A stretch of DNA of 64,000 bases from Bdellovibrionales bacterium (GTDB taxonomy: Bacteria; Bdellovibrionota; Bdellovibrionia; Bdellovibrionales; UBA1609), in assembly GCA_027317865.1 (NCBI GenBank), contig DAHVQG010000007.1, positions 1 through 64,000 on the forward strand, written 5' to 3'. Position numbers and translations under genes: made by a program. Below the pieces are notes generated by a model. The model had not been told where the DNA came from and ran no database searches. It saw nothing but the letters and a program-made list of their open reading frames with translations. Of this stretch, positions 1-9,294 are shown one piece after another. Within the stretch, counting starts at the first letter, position 1; every line of letters begins with the position of its first letter.

Positions 1-210
1 ATGCCAATAGTACAAGAATCAAGTCGGATTCTCAATGGCGCTGGGATTTAAAAATCTCAACAAATACGGTTGAATTTGGAATTTTTTGCCAAAACTTTAG
101 ACAATCGTGAAAAACCAACCCAATCGTTTTACCAAAATTCTCATTACGCGTGTCATATTGAGACAAGGGGCGCGCTCGTAAAACGACATCAGGAAATCGC
201 AAAATACTGC

Positions 211-238
211 TCAACCTTTAGTCGAGTGTCGCCGATTA
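211..238 (+). promoter_or_regulatory. putative sigma28 (FliA)-type promoter
   Basis: TCAA-N16-GCCGATTA upstream of ORF at 270 (consensus TAAA-N15/16-GCCGATAA). Confidence 0.45.
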
Positions 239-269
239 GTAACACATCTGGAACGTTTTGGGGGTCAAA

Positions 270-584
270 ATGAAACGCTTGAGTACGTTTGTGGCTGCAT
301 TCACTTTTGCGATTGTGTTTATGGGAGCACAATTCGCGTCATCCTGCGCTTTTGCTGACGGGATCAAACTTGTACCGCTTCACGGTCAGTTAATCGCTGC
401 GAATGAACCTGGCCTCGCCAATGGCGGTTTTGACAGTGACATTCAACAATTGAATTCCGAAAGCGATCAATCGCAGCTTCAAATTACCGATCACAGCATG
501 AATTCAGCTCACGAGGATGCGGCGACACGAGGCCAATCAGACGGCTTGTCAGTTAAACTTATTCGGTTGAGTAAAAGCCGATAA
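270..584 (+). CDS. small secreted hypothetical protein
   Basis: ATG at 270 after GGGGT; Sec signal MKRLSTFVAAF...CAFA. Confidence 0.6.
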   Translation: MKRLSTFVAAFTFAIVFMGAQFASSCAFADGIKLVPLHGQLIAANEPGLANGGFDSDIQQLNSESDQSQLQITDHSMNSAHEDAATRGQSDGLSVKLIRLSKSR

Positions 585-622
585 ATTACCCCGTGTTTTG
601 TTATACTGACGGGTCCAGTCGT

Positions 623-1387
623 CTAATAAAGTCCGGGGTAAAGGCTACGGATTTTCTGCGAATAACCTTTAAAGAGCTGTGCCATTTGCGCAAAGCTGTG
701 TGTGCCGACGGGTTGGAACATACTCAGTTGCACTTCAAGGTTCACGAGTTGGACTGGCAATTGCCCTGGGTTCGTGTTGTTTTGCATGCACGTCATATAG
801 GCTTGTAATTTTGCCGAATAATTTGCGTACAAACTGCCGAGCTTTTCGAAGTTTGCATCCATTTCTAGACCCAAACTAATTACATTTTCAGCGACCGGGC
901 CGATTGGGCGATTGCTATATTCTTTTTGTATTTGTGCACTTTTGTTTGCCAATGCCCGCTCTAACGCAAGCAGTTGGGTTTGCATATTTGTAACATTTGA
1001 CGAAAGTTGATTTAGCTGTACTTGGATCATTGCAATTTTACTTTGAAGCATCGCAAGTTTGGCTTGCACCTCGGGGGGCAAGTTATTGCTCCAAGTGTGA
1101 TAGGTATTGTAAGTACTCTGGGCTTCAGTAACGGCCGCTGTTGTGCCTTGTAAGTTCGCGCCGTCTTGTTGAAACTCAGCGCCAAGGCTCGAGGCGAAGT
1201 TTAGAACGTCACTCAATAACAGGGTCACGTTAGCCGCTTTCTTTTCACCCTTCGGCATTTTTTCGATTTTCATAATTCGGGGCAGAAGTTGCTGTATGAA
1301 TGCGCTGGGGTTTGACACCGCATCGGCATGACATATCGGCCCGACTAACATTAATGCGGAACAAATAGCGACAAATAGTTTTTTCAT
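623..1387 (-). CDS. secreted alpha-helical/coiled-coil hypothetical protein
   Basis: MKKLFVAICSALMLVGPICHA signal; SD GGAGG upstream; Q/L/A heptad-rich body. Confidence 0.7.
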   Translation of the reverse strand: MKKLFVAICSALMLVGPICHADAVSNPSAFIQQLLPRIMKIEKMPKGEKKAANVTLLLSDVLNFASSLGAEFQQDGANLQGTTAAVTEAQSTYNTYHTWSNNLPPEVQAKLAMLQSKIAMIQVQLNQLSSNVTNMQTQLLALERALANKSAQIQKEYSNRPIGPVAENVISLGLEMDANFEKLGSLYANYSAKLQAYMTCMQNNTNPGQLPVQLVNLEVQLSMFQPVGTHSFAQMAQLFKGYSQKIRSLYPGLY

Positions 1388-1472
1388 TGAGAGATCCCTC
1401 CTCGTGTTGGTGTTGAGGACTACATGGCTCAATATTCAATTGGCAAGTTGTGATAAAGCGGTTGAATCTTTT

Positions 1473-2927
1473 TCAGACCGTTTCGCTACTCACGCTCAGA
1501 GTTTTACCGGTATCCGGTCTTGTCCACAGTTCTTGAATCGATTCGAGCGTGCGGCCCTTGGTTTCGGGCACGAAGCGGAGAACAAACAGCGCCGATAAAA
1601 CACCCATCGCTCCATAAACCCAGTACGCAAATCCGTGATTGAAATGTGCGTTCAACCAACTGCTGTCATCCATTACCTTAAACGACCATGAGACAAAAAG
1701 GTTTGCGAGCCATTGTGCCGCCACTGCGATGGCCATGGCTTTACCTTTGATTGAATTGGGGAACATTTCAGAAAGAAGAACCCAAACCACAGGCCCCCAA
1801 GAAAGCGCGAAGCCCGCAATATACGCTACAACCGCGACAAGAGCCCATAGCCCGACGGCGTGTGTATCGAACAAGCCCCCTAATGCAAACATCGAAAGTG
1901 CCATTACGACCGAGCCAATCAATAAGAGTGGTTTGCGCCCTATACGATCAACTGTCGCGATCGCCACAAATGTGAAAACGAGGTTTGCGGCACCCACAAC
2001 CACGGTTTGCAAGAAGGCGGAATTTGTCGAGGCCCCCATGTTTTTGAACATCAGCGGTGCGTAGTACAAAACGGCGTTGATGCCAACGAACTGTTGAAAC
2101 GCAGAAAGTACAGTACCGATCAAAATGACCGCAATACCAAAAGTTAAAAGCGGTTCGTTGTGGACCTTAAGCGTGCGTTGAATGTCGGCTAAAATAGTGC
2201 GAGCTTTAGTTTCGCCATTTGCGCGCGTAAGCTGTTTCAACGCGTCATCGGTACGACCACGCATCACAAACCAGCGCGGTGTATCCGGTACAAAAAACAG
2301 TAATACAAAAAACAAAAGCGCTGGCACTGATTCTGAAGCCAGCATTAGGCGCCATGCTGTTGAGAGGTACCACGCGTGCGTGCCTAACGACTGAATAAAC
2401 CAGTTAACGAAGTAAACGAGTAAAATACCGATGACGATGGCTAATTGGTTAAATGATACAAGGCGCCCGCGAATTTCGCTCGGAGCAATTTCAGCGATGT
2501 AAAGAGGCGAAACCATCGAGGCAATGCCCACTCCCATGCCGCCGATAATTCGATAAATAATAAAAGGTGTAAGCGCGGCCGGGCCCATTTGCCCAATGAC
2601 ACCAAGCCCGAGTTCAGGCATTGCGGAGCCGATTGATCCCAAAAGAAACATCAAAGCGGCCACCATCAACGCGCGCTTGCGCCCAAATCGATTTGAAATA
2701 ATGCCGGCAATCGCAGCGCCCAATATGCAACCTAGCAGCGCACTTGAGATGGTCCAGCCTGAGAGACTGCTAGCCGCAATTCCCGATAGATGCTGTGGAA
2801 AAATAAAGTAATGATCGATGGCCCCTACAGCGCCGGAGATCACGGCCGTGTCATAACCGAACAATAAACCGCCTAACGTAGCCACAAATGTCAGTACGAT
2901 CACAAACCGCGTATTCTCTTTGTCCAT
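1473..2927 (-). CDS. xylE: MFS sugar porter, XylE-like sugar:H+ symporter
   Basis: GGLLFGYDTAVISGA, FGRK loop, PLYIAEIAP..RG, QQFVGINAVLYYAP, WGPVVWVLLSEMFP, PETKG; substrate not certain. Confidence 0.8.
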   Translation of the reverse strand: MDKENTRFVIVLTFVATLGGLLFGYDTAVISGAVGAIDHYFIFPQHLSGIAASSLSGWTISSALLGCILGAAIAGIISNRFGRKRALMVAALMFLLGSIGSAMPELGLGVIGQMGPAALTPFIIYRIIGGMGVGIASMVSPLYIAEIAPSEIRGRLVSFNQLAIVIGILLVYFVNWFIQSLGTHAWYLSTAWRLMLASESVPALLFFVLLFFVPDTPRWFVMRGRTDDALKQLTRANGETKARTILADIQRTLKVHNEPLLTFGIAVILIGTVLSAFQQFVGINAVLYYAPLMFKNMGASTNSAFLQTVVVGAANLVFTFVAIATVDRIGRKPLLLIGSVVMALSMFALGGLFDTHAVGLWALVAVVAYIAGFALSWGPVVWVLLSEMFPNSIKGKAMAIAVAAQWLANLFVSWSFKVMDDSSWLNAHFNHGFAYWVYGAMGVLSALFVLRFVPETKGRTLESIQELWTRPDTGKTLSVSSETV

Positions 2928-3017
2928 TATATCCCCTGGCTATTACGTGAAATTATTAGAAATCGCAGGCGGAATATGAATTTGAAAACGGTGAGGAGTC
3001 AATGGTAAAACCAAAGT

Positions 3018-3368
3018 ATGCAAATTTGGGCACGCAGCGCGAATGGAATAATTGCCGGTGTGTGTAATGGGCTCGCGCAACGATTTCGAGTCAATGTGAC
3101 ACTTGTGCGGATCGCGTGGACTTTAAGCGTTCTTCTCGCCGGTATCGGCATCGGAGTATATTTAATTCTAGCGTTAAGTCTGCCGCGCGACGATCGACTC
3201 GATCAAGCTTATGAGTCGCGCATTTTAGGAGTGGCTTCGCGTTTTGCCCGTCGCTTTGATCTCGACGTTGGCCTCACACGTGCGGGTTTTTTATTTTTAC
3301 TGTTCGGCACAGGCGGGTTAATGGTTCTCGCGTACGTGATTATGTATTTTGTCTTGCCGCACGATTAG
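3018..3368 (+). CDS. PspC domain protein (tandem PspC-like units)
   Basis: IIAGVCNGLA..F.V..TLVR and a second ILGVASRFA..F..DVGLTR unit, each followed by a TM segment. Confidence 0.8.
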   Translation: MQIWARSANGIIAGVCNGLAQRFRVNVTLVRIAWTLSVLLAGIGIGVYLILALSLPRDDRLDQAYESRILGVASRFARRFDLDVGLTRAGFLFLLFGTGGLMVLAYVIMYFVLPHD

Positions 3369-4468
3369 TGCCTTCGGGTTAATCGAAAAAGAGCAACGGC
3401 TGGGTTTAAGCGGCCACCTGAAACAAGACGGTTGCGAAAATTGGCGACAACAGTCGCAGTTTGTTCGATGTGTTGGATAATTTCGGCAGGTGACGACATG
3501 TTGGGGTGAAATTGTAAGAAACGGGCGATTACAGAAGTCACAACTGCCGTCGCTTGCGAAGTTCCGCTCATAGCCCCTTTTAATCCGCCGGGTAAAGTTG
3601 AAACGATATTTTCTCCAGGAGCAGCGATGTCCACTGTGCGGCGGCCATAATTGCTAAAAAACATGAGATGATTGCCTTGCGAATTAACCGCTGCCACTGA
3701 TAATATATTCGGTAATTTATACGACGCCGGGTAAAAACCATCGTGGTCGTCATTTTCATGGTCGTTGCCTGCGGCGGCTACAAATAAAATATGTTTGCGG
3801 TTGGCCTCTTCAATTGCGGCCCGCTCTTTCGCGTTCGGGTCAGCTCCACCACTTGAAAAATTAATAACTTGCGCGTGCATTTTAATCGCGTAGTGAATTG
3901 CGGCAGTTTCAGCCGCGATCGTTTGATCGGGCAGCATGCCGCGCTCAAAGTATTTCAAAATCATCAACTTTATCGGATGACACCTTTGTTCTGGCGTTTC
4001 GGTGCTGGCCAGTTCTCGGGACACGAAAGTCGCGCCGTTGTCGCGAACCGGACCCACAATGAGACCCGATACGTGCGTGCCGTGACCGAAATGATCCATG
4101 AGATTGTTGGAGTTATCGGTGAAATTCCAGCCGTGGACGTCGTCGACAAAGCCGTTATTGTCGTCGTCGATTTGGTTTGTGGCTTTATTGCGCCCCCAGG
4201 CATCGAGACCGGTTTCACCGGGATTTGTCCAAATGTGACCGTTAAATCGCGGGTGGTCGGGGTCGATCCCCGTATCAATTACGGCAATGACAATAGGTTT
4301 GTAATTGCGGCATTGTGAGCGCATGTTCGCGCGTGATACGTTTACGCTCTTGATTGCCTCATGTCTTCGTGCGGTACTTCGTGCGCTCGCTTCGGGCGCC
4401 GCAAATAACACTAATGACGCGAGCGCCGCGATTATTGTTAAGCTCGTCCCTTCGAATTTTTTTGTCAT
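3365..4468 (-). CDS. secreted S8 subtilisin-like serine protease
   Basis: triad VIDTG / HGTHV / GTSQA, AAAGN oxyanion motif, DDDNNGFVDDVHGWNF; signal peptide; SD AGGAGG. Confidence 0.9.
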   Translation of the reverse strand: MTKKFEGTSLTIIAALASLVLFAAPEASARSTARRHEAIKSVNVSRANMRSQCRNYKPIVIAVIDTGIDPDHPRFNGHIWTNPGETGLDAWGRNKATNQIDDDNNGFVDDVHGWNFTDNSNNLMDHFGHGTHVSGLIVGPVRDNGATFVSRELASTETPEQRCHPIKLMILKYFERGMLPDQTIAAETAAIHYAIKMHAQVINFSSGGADPNAKERAAIEEANRKHILFVAAAGNDHENDDHDGFYPASYKLPNILSVAAVNSQGNHLMFFSNYGRRTVDIAAPGENIVSTLPGGLKGAMSGTSQATAVVTSVIARFLQFHPNMSSPAEIIQHIEQTATVVANFRNRLVSGGRLNPAVALFRLTRRH

Positions 4469-4528
4469 CAAATCCCTCCTTTTATTTTTTGTTGGACCGG
4501 CCGAATCGCCGGTGGGAATTGATGGCTG

Positions 4529-4544
4529 TGCAACGAGCGGGCCA
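4529..4544 (-). promoter_or_regulatory. putative sigma54 promoter of S8 protease
   Basis: minus strand TGGCCCG-CTCG-TTGCA, GG-N10-GC spacing. Confidence 0.5.
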
Positions 4545-4765
4545 CGTCAGCTATGTGCAGATTTGAGTTCGCGCGCAAAAATGTGTGGAGCGAGATGCAG
4601 ACGACTGTCAGGCGAACAATTGGCGTCGCGATAGTACAACTGTGAATATTTTCGAACGTACGCTCACGGGTATGTTCGACTGTTAGCCAAGAGATAAGTG
4701 TCAAAAAGTTAGACAGCGGGTTGCGGCAATTTGTACGCGCAGATTACGCAACAAAGATACGAAAC

Positions 4766-5923
4766 CTAGGCGGCAAACATGTGAGCCGGCGGGGCGACTG
4801 TGTATCGGTCACGGCCCGAGTTTTTCGATTCGTAGAGCGCGTTGTCGGCGCGTTTCAGCCACATATCAATGGGTTCGTTCGGGCCGAGTTCGGCAATGCC
4901 CATTGAAATGGTAAAGCGCACTTGAAAGCTCCCGCTGATGACGACGTGCTGGCGAACTTTATCGAGCGCCGATTCGGCGCGAACAATGGCGGGTTCAACT
5001 TTACAGCCCGACAGCAAAATCGCAAATTCTTCGCCGCCCGTGCGTGCGAGATAGTCGCCGGGCTCATCGAACACGCTTTTTATGGTGTTCACGCATTCAC
5101 ATAAAACTTTATCGCCGACATCGTGGCCAAACGTATCGTTTACGTTTTTGAAATGATCGAGGTCAAACACGATGAGGCTTGCCGGGACTTGCCGTTTCTG
5201 ATGTTGCTCATGAAGAAGGCGAATTTGCTCATCAAAACTCAAACGGTTGAACGCTTTGGTAAGATGGTCGATGTGAATTTTTTGGTTGGCATCCGAGAGT
5301 TTTTTGCGGACGGAATCGAGATTAGTCTTCAATAGCGTCAAACTCTTTTCGCGTCGCTCGTCCCGGCGGGTTTGCTGTTCAACGTAAAAATCGATGAACT
5401 CGCGGGAGCGTACTCGCAAATCGTCAATAGAATTAGCTTCAACCGCCTCGCGCAGTTGGCCGAGACTGTCGCCGATTTTTTTATCGTCGAGCTTTTCGAG
5501 CCGAACCGCTTCGCTGAGTTGGTCGGCAAAATCCCAAATGATACCTTTAAAATCTTCAAACGTATTTTGAATGTAGCCATATTCGTCGATGCGATGAACG
5601 GCGAAAAATTGCCGCAGGCGAAATAGCACTTTTTCAGCGGTCGCGCGTTGCGGATCATCCGCGCGTGTTCCGTCGCTTGCAACGAGCAGCGCTTTAATGA
5701 ATTCATCAAAAATCTCGCGTGTTTTGCGTACTGGGTGCTTTTCAGTATCGAAGAGGTTCTTGTTATACACGTCGAGAAGATAAAGGAGGGTGGCGCGGTC
5801 TTCAGAAATTTCGTGAGTTGCGCCCGCATTGGCGCTGCTCGAAATCTGCGCGGCTGTTTTTGAAAGGTTCGCGCTGCCGCCAACTTCAAACTGTTCGATG
5901 AGTTTTTTAATCCATTGCTTCAA
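4766..5923 (-). CDS. diguanylate cyclase (helical N-terminus + GGDEF)
   Basis: DHLT, FDLDHFKNVNDTFGHDVGD, RTGGEEF, ADNALYESKNSGRD. Confidence 0.92.
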   Translation of the reverse strand: MKQWIKKLIEQFEVGGSANLSKTAAQISSSANAGATHEISEDRATLLYLLDVYNKNLFDTEKHPVRKTREIFDEFIKALLVASDGTRADDPQRATAEKVLFRLRQFFAVHRIDEYGYIQNTFEDFKGIIWDFADQLSEAVRLEKLDDKKIGDSLGQLREAVEANSIDDLRVRSREFIDFYVEQQTRRDERREKSLTLLKTNLDSVRKKLSDANQKIHIDHLTKAFNRLSFDEQIRLLHEQHQKRQVPASLIVFDLDHFKNVNDTFGHDVGDKVLCECVNTIKSVFDEPGDYLARTGGEEFAILLSGCKVEPAIVRAESALDKVRQHVVISGSFQVRFTISMGIAELGPNEPIDMWLKRADNALYESKNSGRDRYTVAPPAHMFAA

Positions 5924-5973
5924 AGTGCGGGCTCCAAAATGGCAAAATGGTTTTGCTCAAACGGTTAAGTTAC

Positions 5974-6000
5974 TCATCGGCGGGCAATGACCGATTTTTC
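5974..6000 (-). promoter_or_regulatory. putative sigma28-type promoter of DGC
   Basis: minus strand GAAA-N15-GCCGATGA. Confidence 0.45.
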
Positions 6001-6042
6001 ACTAGGCGCTGGTCGGGGCTGTTCGCAGGGCGAGCTAGGACT

Positions 6043-7737
6043 TTAGAAGGCAAAGTAAGGGCCAGTATAGTTCGTGCCGTTAATTGTGGCACTCGTGCCA
6101 TTAATTCCAATAAAAATGGTCCGGCCTAAGAAAAACGGCAATCCCCAGTCGAATTGGCCAGACAAATCGCCGCCAAGATTGTTGAAAACTATATTTGGAT
6201 TGCTTGAGTCGAATTCGTCGGATGCATTATCAATTGAAAACGTCTCATTGGCGCCGACACAGTAACCAGCGGAATCTGTCCCGCCCGCATAAGAACCTCC
6301 AGTGCAGGTGCCGCCCGTATAGGCGCCAGCCGCATAGGTGCCGCCGGTGCACGTGCCACCGCTATTGTAGTACGTACCGCCAGAATCAGTACCGTCTGCA
6401 TACCCGAGCGCGCATGGGATGCTGCCCGAGTAAGTGCCACCGGTGTCTGTCCCGGTCGAATACGATCCGCCGGTGCACGTGCCGCCCGAGTACGCGCCGC
6501 CAGAGTACGTGCCGCCGGTGCACGTGCCGCTGCTGTTATCGTCGGTGCCACCGGTGTCTGTGCCGCCTGTGTAATTGCCAGTCGTGTACGGGTAATCGGT
6601 TGCGGTGTACGACGTTAAACTGTTCGGGCAAAAAAACGGCGACAGAGACGAGCAGACCGTCAGTGAGGACGGTCCAGGAAAGTAGAGTCCGTTCGACCCG
6701 CTGTCGACGAATGAACTCATTATCGAGCCATTAAAATAAGTGTCCATGTAACCGTTCGAGTCTGTGGTATAGACCATTACGCTGGAGCCAGGAGTATTGT
6801 CGGCGATAGAGCCTGAGCCGTTACCGGAGCTGTTTATTCCGAATATGAGATATCCAGGGGCGGTGACTGCCCCGCCAGTAGGGACGCCGGGCAACTCAAG
6901 CGCAACGCCATTGTTGTAGCCGGTTACCGTACCTCCATTGAGGTAGTCCAATGAGGCAATTGGGTTAGAAACTTGGCTGCCAGACGGCGCAGCATATCCT
7001 GAACAAGACGAGCCCGAGCACGTAAAATACATACTGTTATTCGATGATCCAGAGCAAGTGGAGCCGCAGTCCTGATTGAACAGGCCCACGCCCAACACGC
7101 CATTAAATCCTGTAGAAGCCGGCGTGGCATCGAGCGTGTAGGCGACGCCGGTCGTGGCTATACCCTCATTTGCGCATGTGCTCGTAGCGACACTAGTGGA
7201 TGGCCAACCAGCGTTGATTAGTTCGATCGGCACATTCGCGGCTTCCATAGCGCCCGTGTTGCTACCTAAATAGACATCGGCGGATGCGACCTGGCCCCAA
7301 TCTGCCGAGCCGTCGAGATACGAGGCACATTCAGCTACATCGTTGCCACCAGATTTCTCTGGCGTGAAGGTAAAATTCGTTACAAGCGACGAAAACACTC
7401 TAAGGCCATAGCTGCCGGTATCAAGAAGAATATTGTTTATAGTTTGGCACTGCGTGCTTGCATTTGTCCAACCTGGTTGACAAATAGTTACGGTCGCGCA
7501 CGGGATGTTGAGTGTTCCGCCGCAAACCCCAACGTCTACCGACATCGCATTCGTATCGGAGGACGAGACTTTAAGATAATTGATGTTCTGAGAAAGTTGC
7601 TCGGCCGCCCCCGCTGTGTACGATTTGCCGCTGCTCTTTGAGAGTGAGCCGCAACCCGTAAGCGCGATCGAAGCAACCAAAGCGGCAGCAGCCAAAAGTT
7701 GGTGCCGCAAAAAAGCGGCAGACCGGCTCGTGGTCAT
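6043..7737 (-). CDS. DUF3443 family lipoprotein (pepsin-like aspartic protease motifs)
   Basis: lipobox LTGC; VTICQPG...CQTINNILLDTGSYGLR; FVDSGSNGLYF; FDWGLPFFLGR; adjacent to DUF2844. Confidence 0.85.
   Translation of the reverse strand: MTTSRSAAFLRHQLLAAAALVASIALTGCGSLSKSSGKSYTAGAAEQLSQNINYLKVSSSDTNAMSVDVGVCGGTLNIPCATVTICQPGWTNASTQCQTINNILLDTGSYGLRVFSSLVTNFTFTPEKSGGNDVAECASYLDGSADWGQVASADVYLGSNTGAMEAANVPIELINAGWPSTSVATSTCANEGIATTGVAYTLDATPASTGFNGVLGVGLFNQDCGSTCSGSSNNSMYFTCSGSSCSGYAAPSGSQVSNPIASLDYLNGGTVTGYNNGVALELPGVPTGGAVTAPGYLIFGINSSGNGSGSIADNTPGSSVMVYTTDSNGYMDTYFNGSIMSSFVDSGSNGLYFPGPSSLTVCSSLSPFFCPNSLTSYTATDYPYTTGNYTGGTDTGGTDDNSSGTCTGGTYSGGAYSGGTCTGGSYSTGTDTGGTYSGSIPCALGYADGTDSGGTYYNSGGTCTGGTYAAGAYTGGTCTGGSYAGGTDSAGYCVGANETFSIDNASDEFDSSNPNIVFNNLGGDLSGQFDWGLPFFLGRTIFIGINGTSATINGTNYTGPYFAF
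6260..6586 (-). repeat. in-frame GGT(Y/C/D)x pentapeptide repeat with a duplicated ~34-aa block
   Basis: NSSGTCTGGTYSGGAYSGGTCTGGSYSTGTD vs NSGGTCTGGTYAAGAYTGGTCTGGSYAGGTD. Confidence 0.85.
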
Positions 7738-8216
7738 CGCAGGTCCCCCATTGTGATACCGGCAGGCGCAAGCGATTGCACAAACGCCGAGCCAACCCAG
7801 CCTCGCATATGTCCGCCGCGAAAAACGCGAATGGCCGGCGTTTTAATCATGATCGGGCGACGAATGTGTAAACGAACGCGAGCGGCAAATTGTGCTGCAT
7901 AGCCATTAAAGTACTTACCTAGAATACCTTTAATGGGCGGTTGGGTGGCGCCTCGCCAACTCATGGCGAAAATAACGCCGTTACTATTGGCGTACTCTTT
8001 AATGGTATCGCCGCGAGCAAAAAACGAATAAGTCGTATAAACTGAATTAGTTGTTACTTTGTAGTTTGTGCCTTTGAGTTGCGCCATATCCGATTGCACG
8101 CTTGAAGCGCCTTGGCCGACCGTTGCTTGCGCCGAGCTCGCAGCGAAAAATGCGGTAAAGATGACCGCAAAAATCGTTATGACAAAAAATCTAAATCTGG
8201 CATCCATGCCTGACAT
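7734..8216 (-). CDS. DUF2844 family secreted protein (alternative start 8207)
   Basis: signal ..AQA; IKEYANSNGVIFAMSWRG..P....LGKYF; GGHMR..VGSAF...LAPAGIT; ATGA overlap with DUF3443 gene. Confidence 0.8.
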   Translation of the reverse strand: MSGMDARFRFFVITIFAVIFTAFFAASSAQATVGQGASSVQSDMAQLKGTNYKVTTNSVYTTYSFFARGDTIKEYANSNGVIFAMSWRGATQPPIKGILGKYFNGYAAQFAARVRLHIRRPIMIKTPAIRVFRGGHMRGWVGSAFVQSLAPAGITMGDLR

Positions 8217-8436
8217 ATTCGGAACCCCCCACTCATAATTTTACATGTAATTGTTAAAACTGTGTGGCGTTTCAAAAAGCTCGTCGAAGGACCGCTAACT
8301 TACGTCGCGACTTCTCCCAAATTAAGACGCTCAGTTTGAGACCGTTGATAGCGGTATTTCAAAATGATCGATTTTGAGATGGGTTTGTTTCAGCTTGAGA
8401 CACGGTTGTGGTTGCGGTAGCTCTGCGATCGTTGCG

Positions 8437-9171
8437 CTAAAATTTATTTCGTGCCGAACGAATGGCGGTGAATTCTTCGACATCGCGCGCACTTAAAAAT
8501 AAATTATGTTTGAGCTCAAAACCGATTGTGGTCGGTACCGTCGGCTCGCCCCGCGCGCGCTTTTGCGCGAGTTCTTCGCGCAGACGTAAATACAGCTCAA
8601 TACCGCCATCAATCGCGCGTTCACTGTTTTGTTGTTGCAAATACGAAATCGTGAAATCAAGATTGCGAAGCGTGTATTCATGAGCGCAATAAACTTGCGT
8701 CTCATGCGGGAGGGATTTGAATTGTTGCAAAGACTCAAAACTCTGCGCAAACGTGCCTTCAAATACCCGGCCACAGCCGAGTGAAAATAAAGAATCGCCG
8801 CAAAAGAGAACCGGCGCGGAATAATAAGCCAAATGATCGAGTGTGTGACCGGGCACCGCAATTGTCTGCCAATCGCGATCGCCAAATTGAAACCTGTCGC
8901 CTTTTTGTAGCGTACGATCGCAATGAATTTCATATTGCGATAGGCTCGATGGTCCCATGACTTGCGCTTGTGAAAAGCGTGTGCGCAAAACATTGACCCC
9001 TCCCGCATGATCGTCATGGTGATGCGTAACAAGAATGAGTTTCAGATGAAGACGCGTTTTCGCCAAAAAATCAATTATCGGTTCGGGATCCCCTGGGTCG
9101 ACGACCATCGCGCTACCGTCGCATTCAGCCACAAAGAGATAGTTGTCTTGAAAAGCGGGGAGCAGATACAT
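8437..9171 (-). CDS. gloB: hydroxyacylglutathione hydrolase (glyoxalase II)
   Basis: PAFQDNY, THHHDDHAGG, PGHTLDH, FCGDSLFSLGCGRVFEG, CAHEYT. Confidence 0.93.
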   Translation of the reverse strand: MYLLPAFQDNYLFVAECDGSAMVVDPGDPEPIIDFLAKTRLHLKLILVTHHHDDHAGGVNVLRTRFSQAQVMGPSSLSQYEIHCDRTLQKGDRFQFGDRDWQTIAVPGHTLDHLAYYSAPVLFCGDSLFSLGCGRVFEGTFAQSFESLQQFKSLPHETQVYCAHEYTLRNLDFTISYLQQQNSERAIDGGIELYLRLREELAQKRARGEPTVPTTIGFELKHNLFLSARDVEEFTAIRSARNKF

Positions 9172-9225
9172 ACTTAGGTACTTATTTTAGTTCGGCAGAA
9201 AAGTAAAACATACTTTTAAAAAAAT

Positions 9226-9273
9226 TGGCTCTAAACATTTTCGCGAGAGATCTATCGCGAAATTTTAGAGCCA
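9226..9273 (-). terminator. intrinsic terminator after the 9295-11253 gene
   Basis: near-perfect ~19-bp hairpin TGGCTCTAAA(C)ATTTTCGCGA / TCGCGAAATTTTAGAGCCA followed by a T-run on the minus strand. Confidence 0.7.
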
Positions 9274-9294
9274 CGTGCAACAGATTTTTATAAA

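Noticed and set aside
4766-5923. Hypr (cGAMP-synthesising) GGDEF
   Set aside because: Retains Asp in GHDVGD, the canonical c-di-GMP signature.
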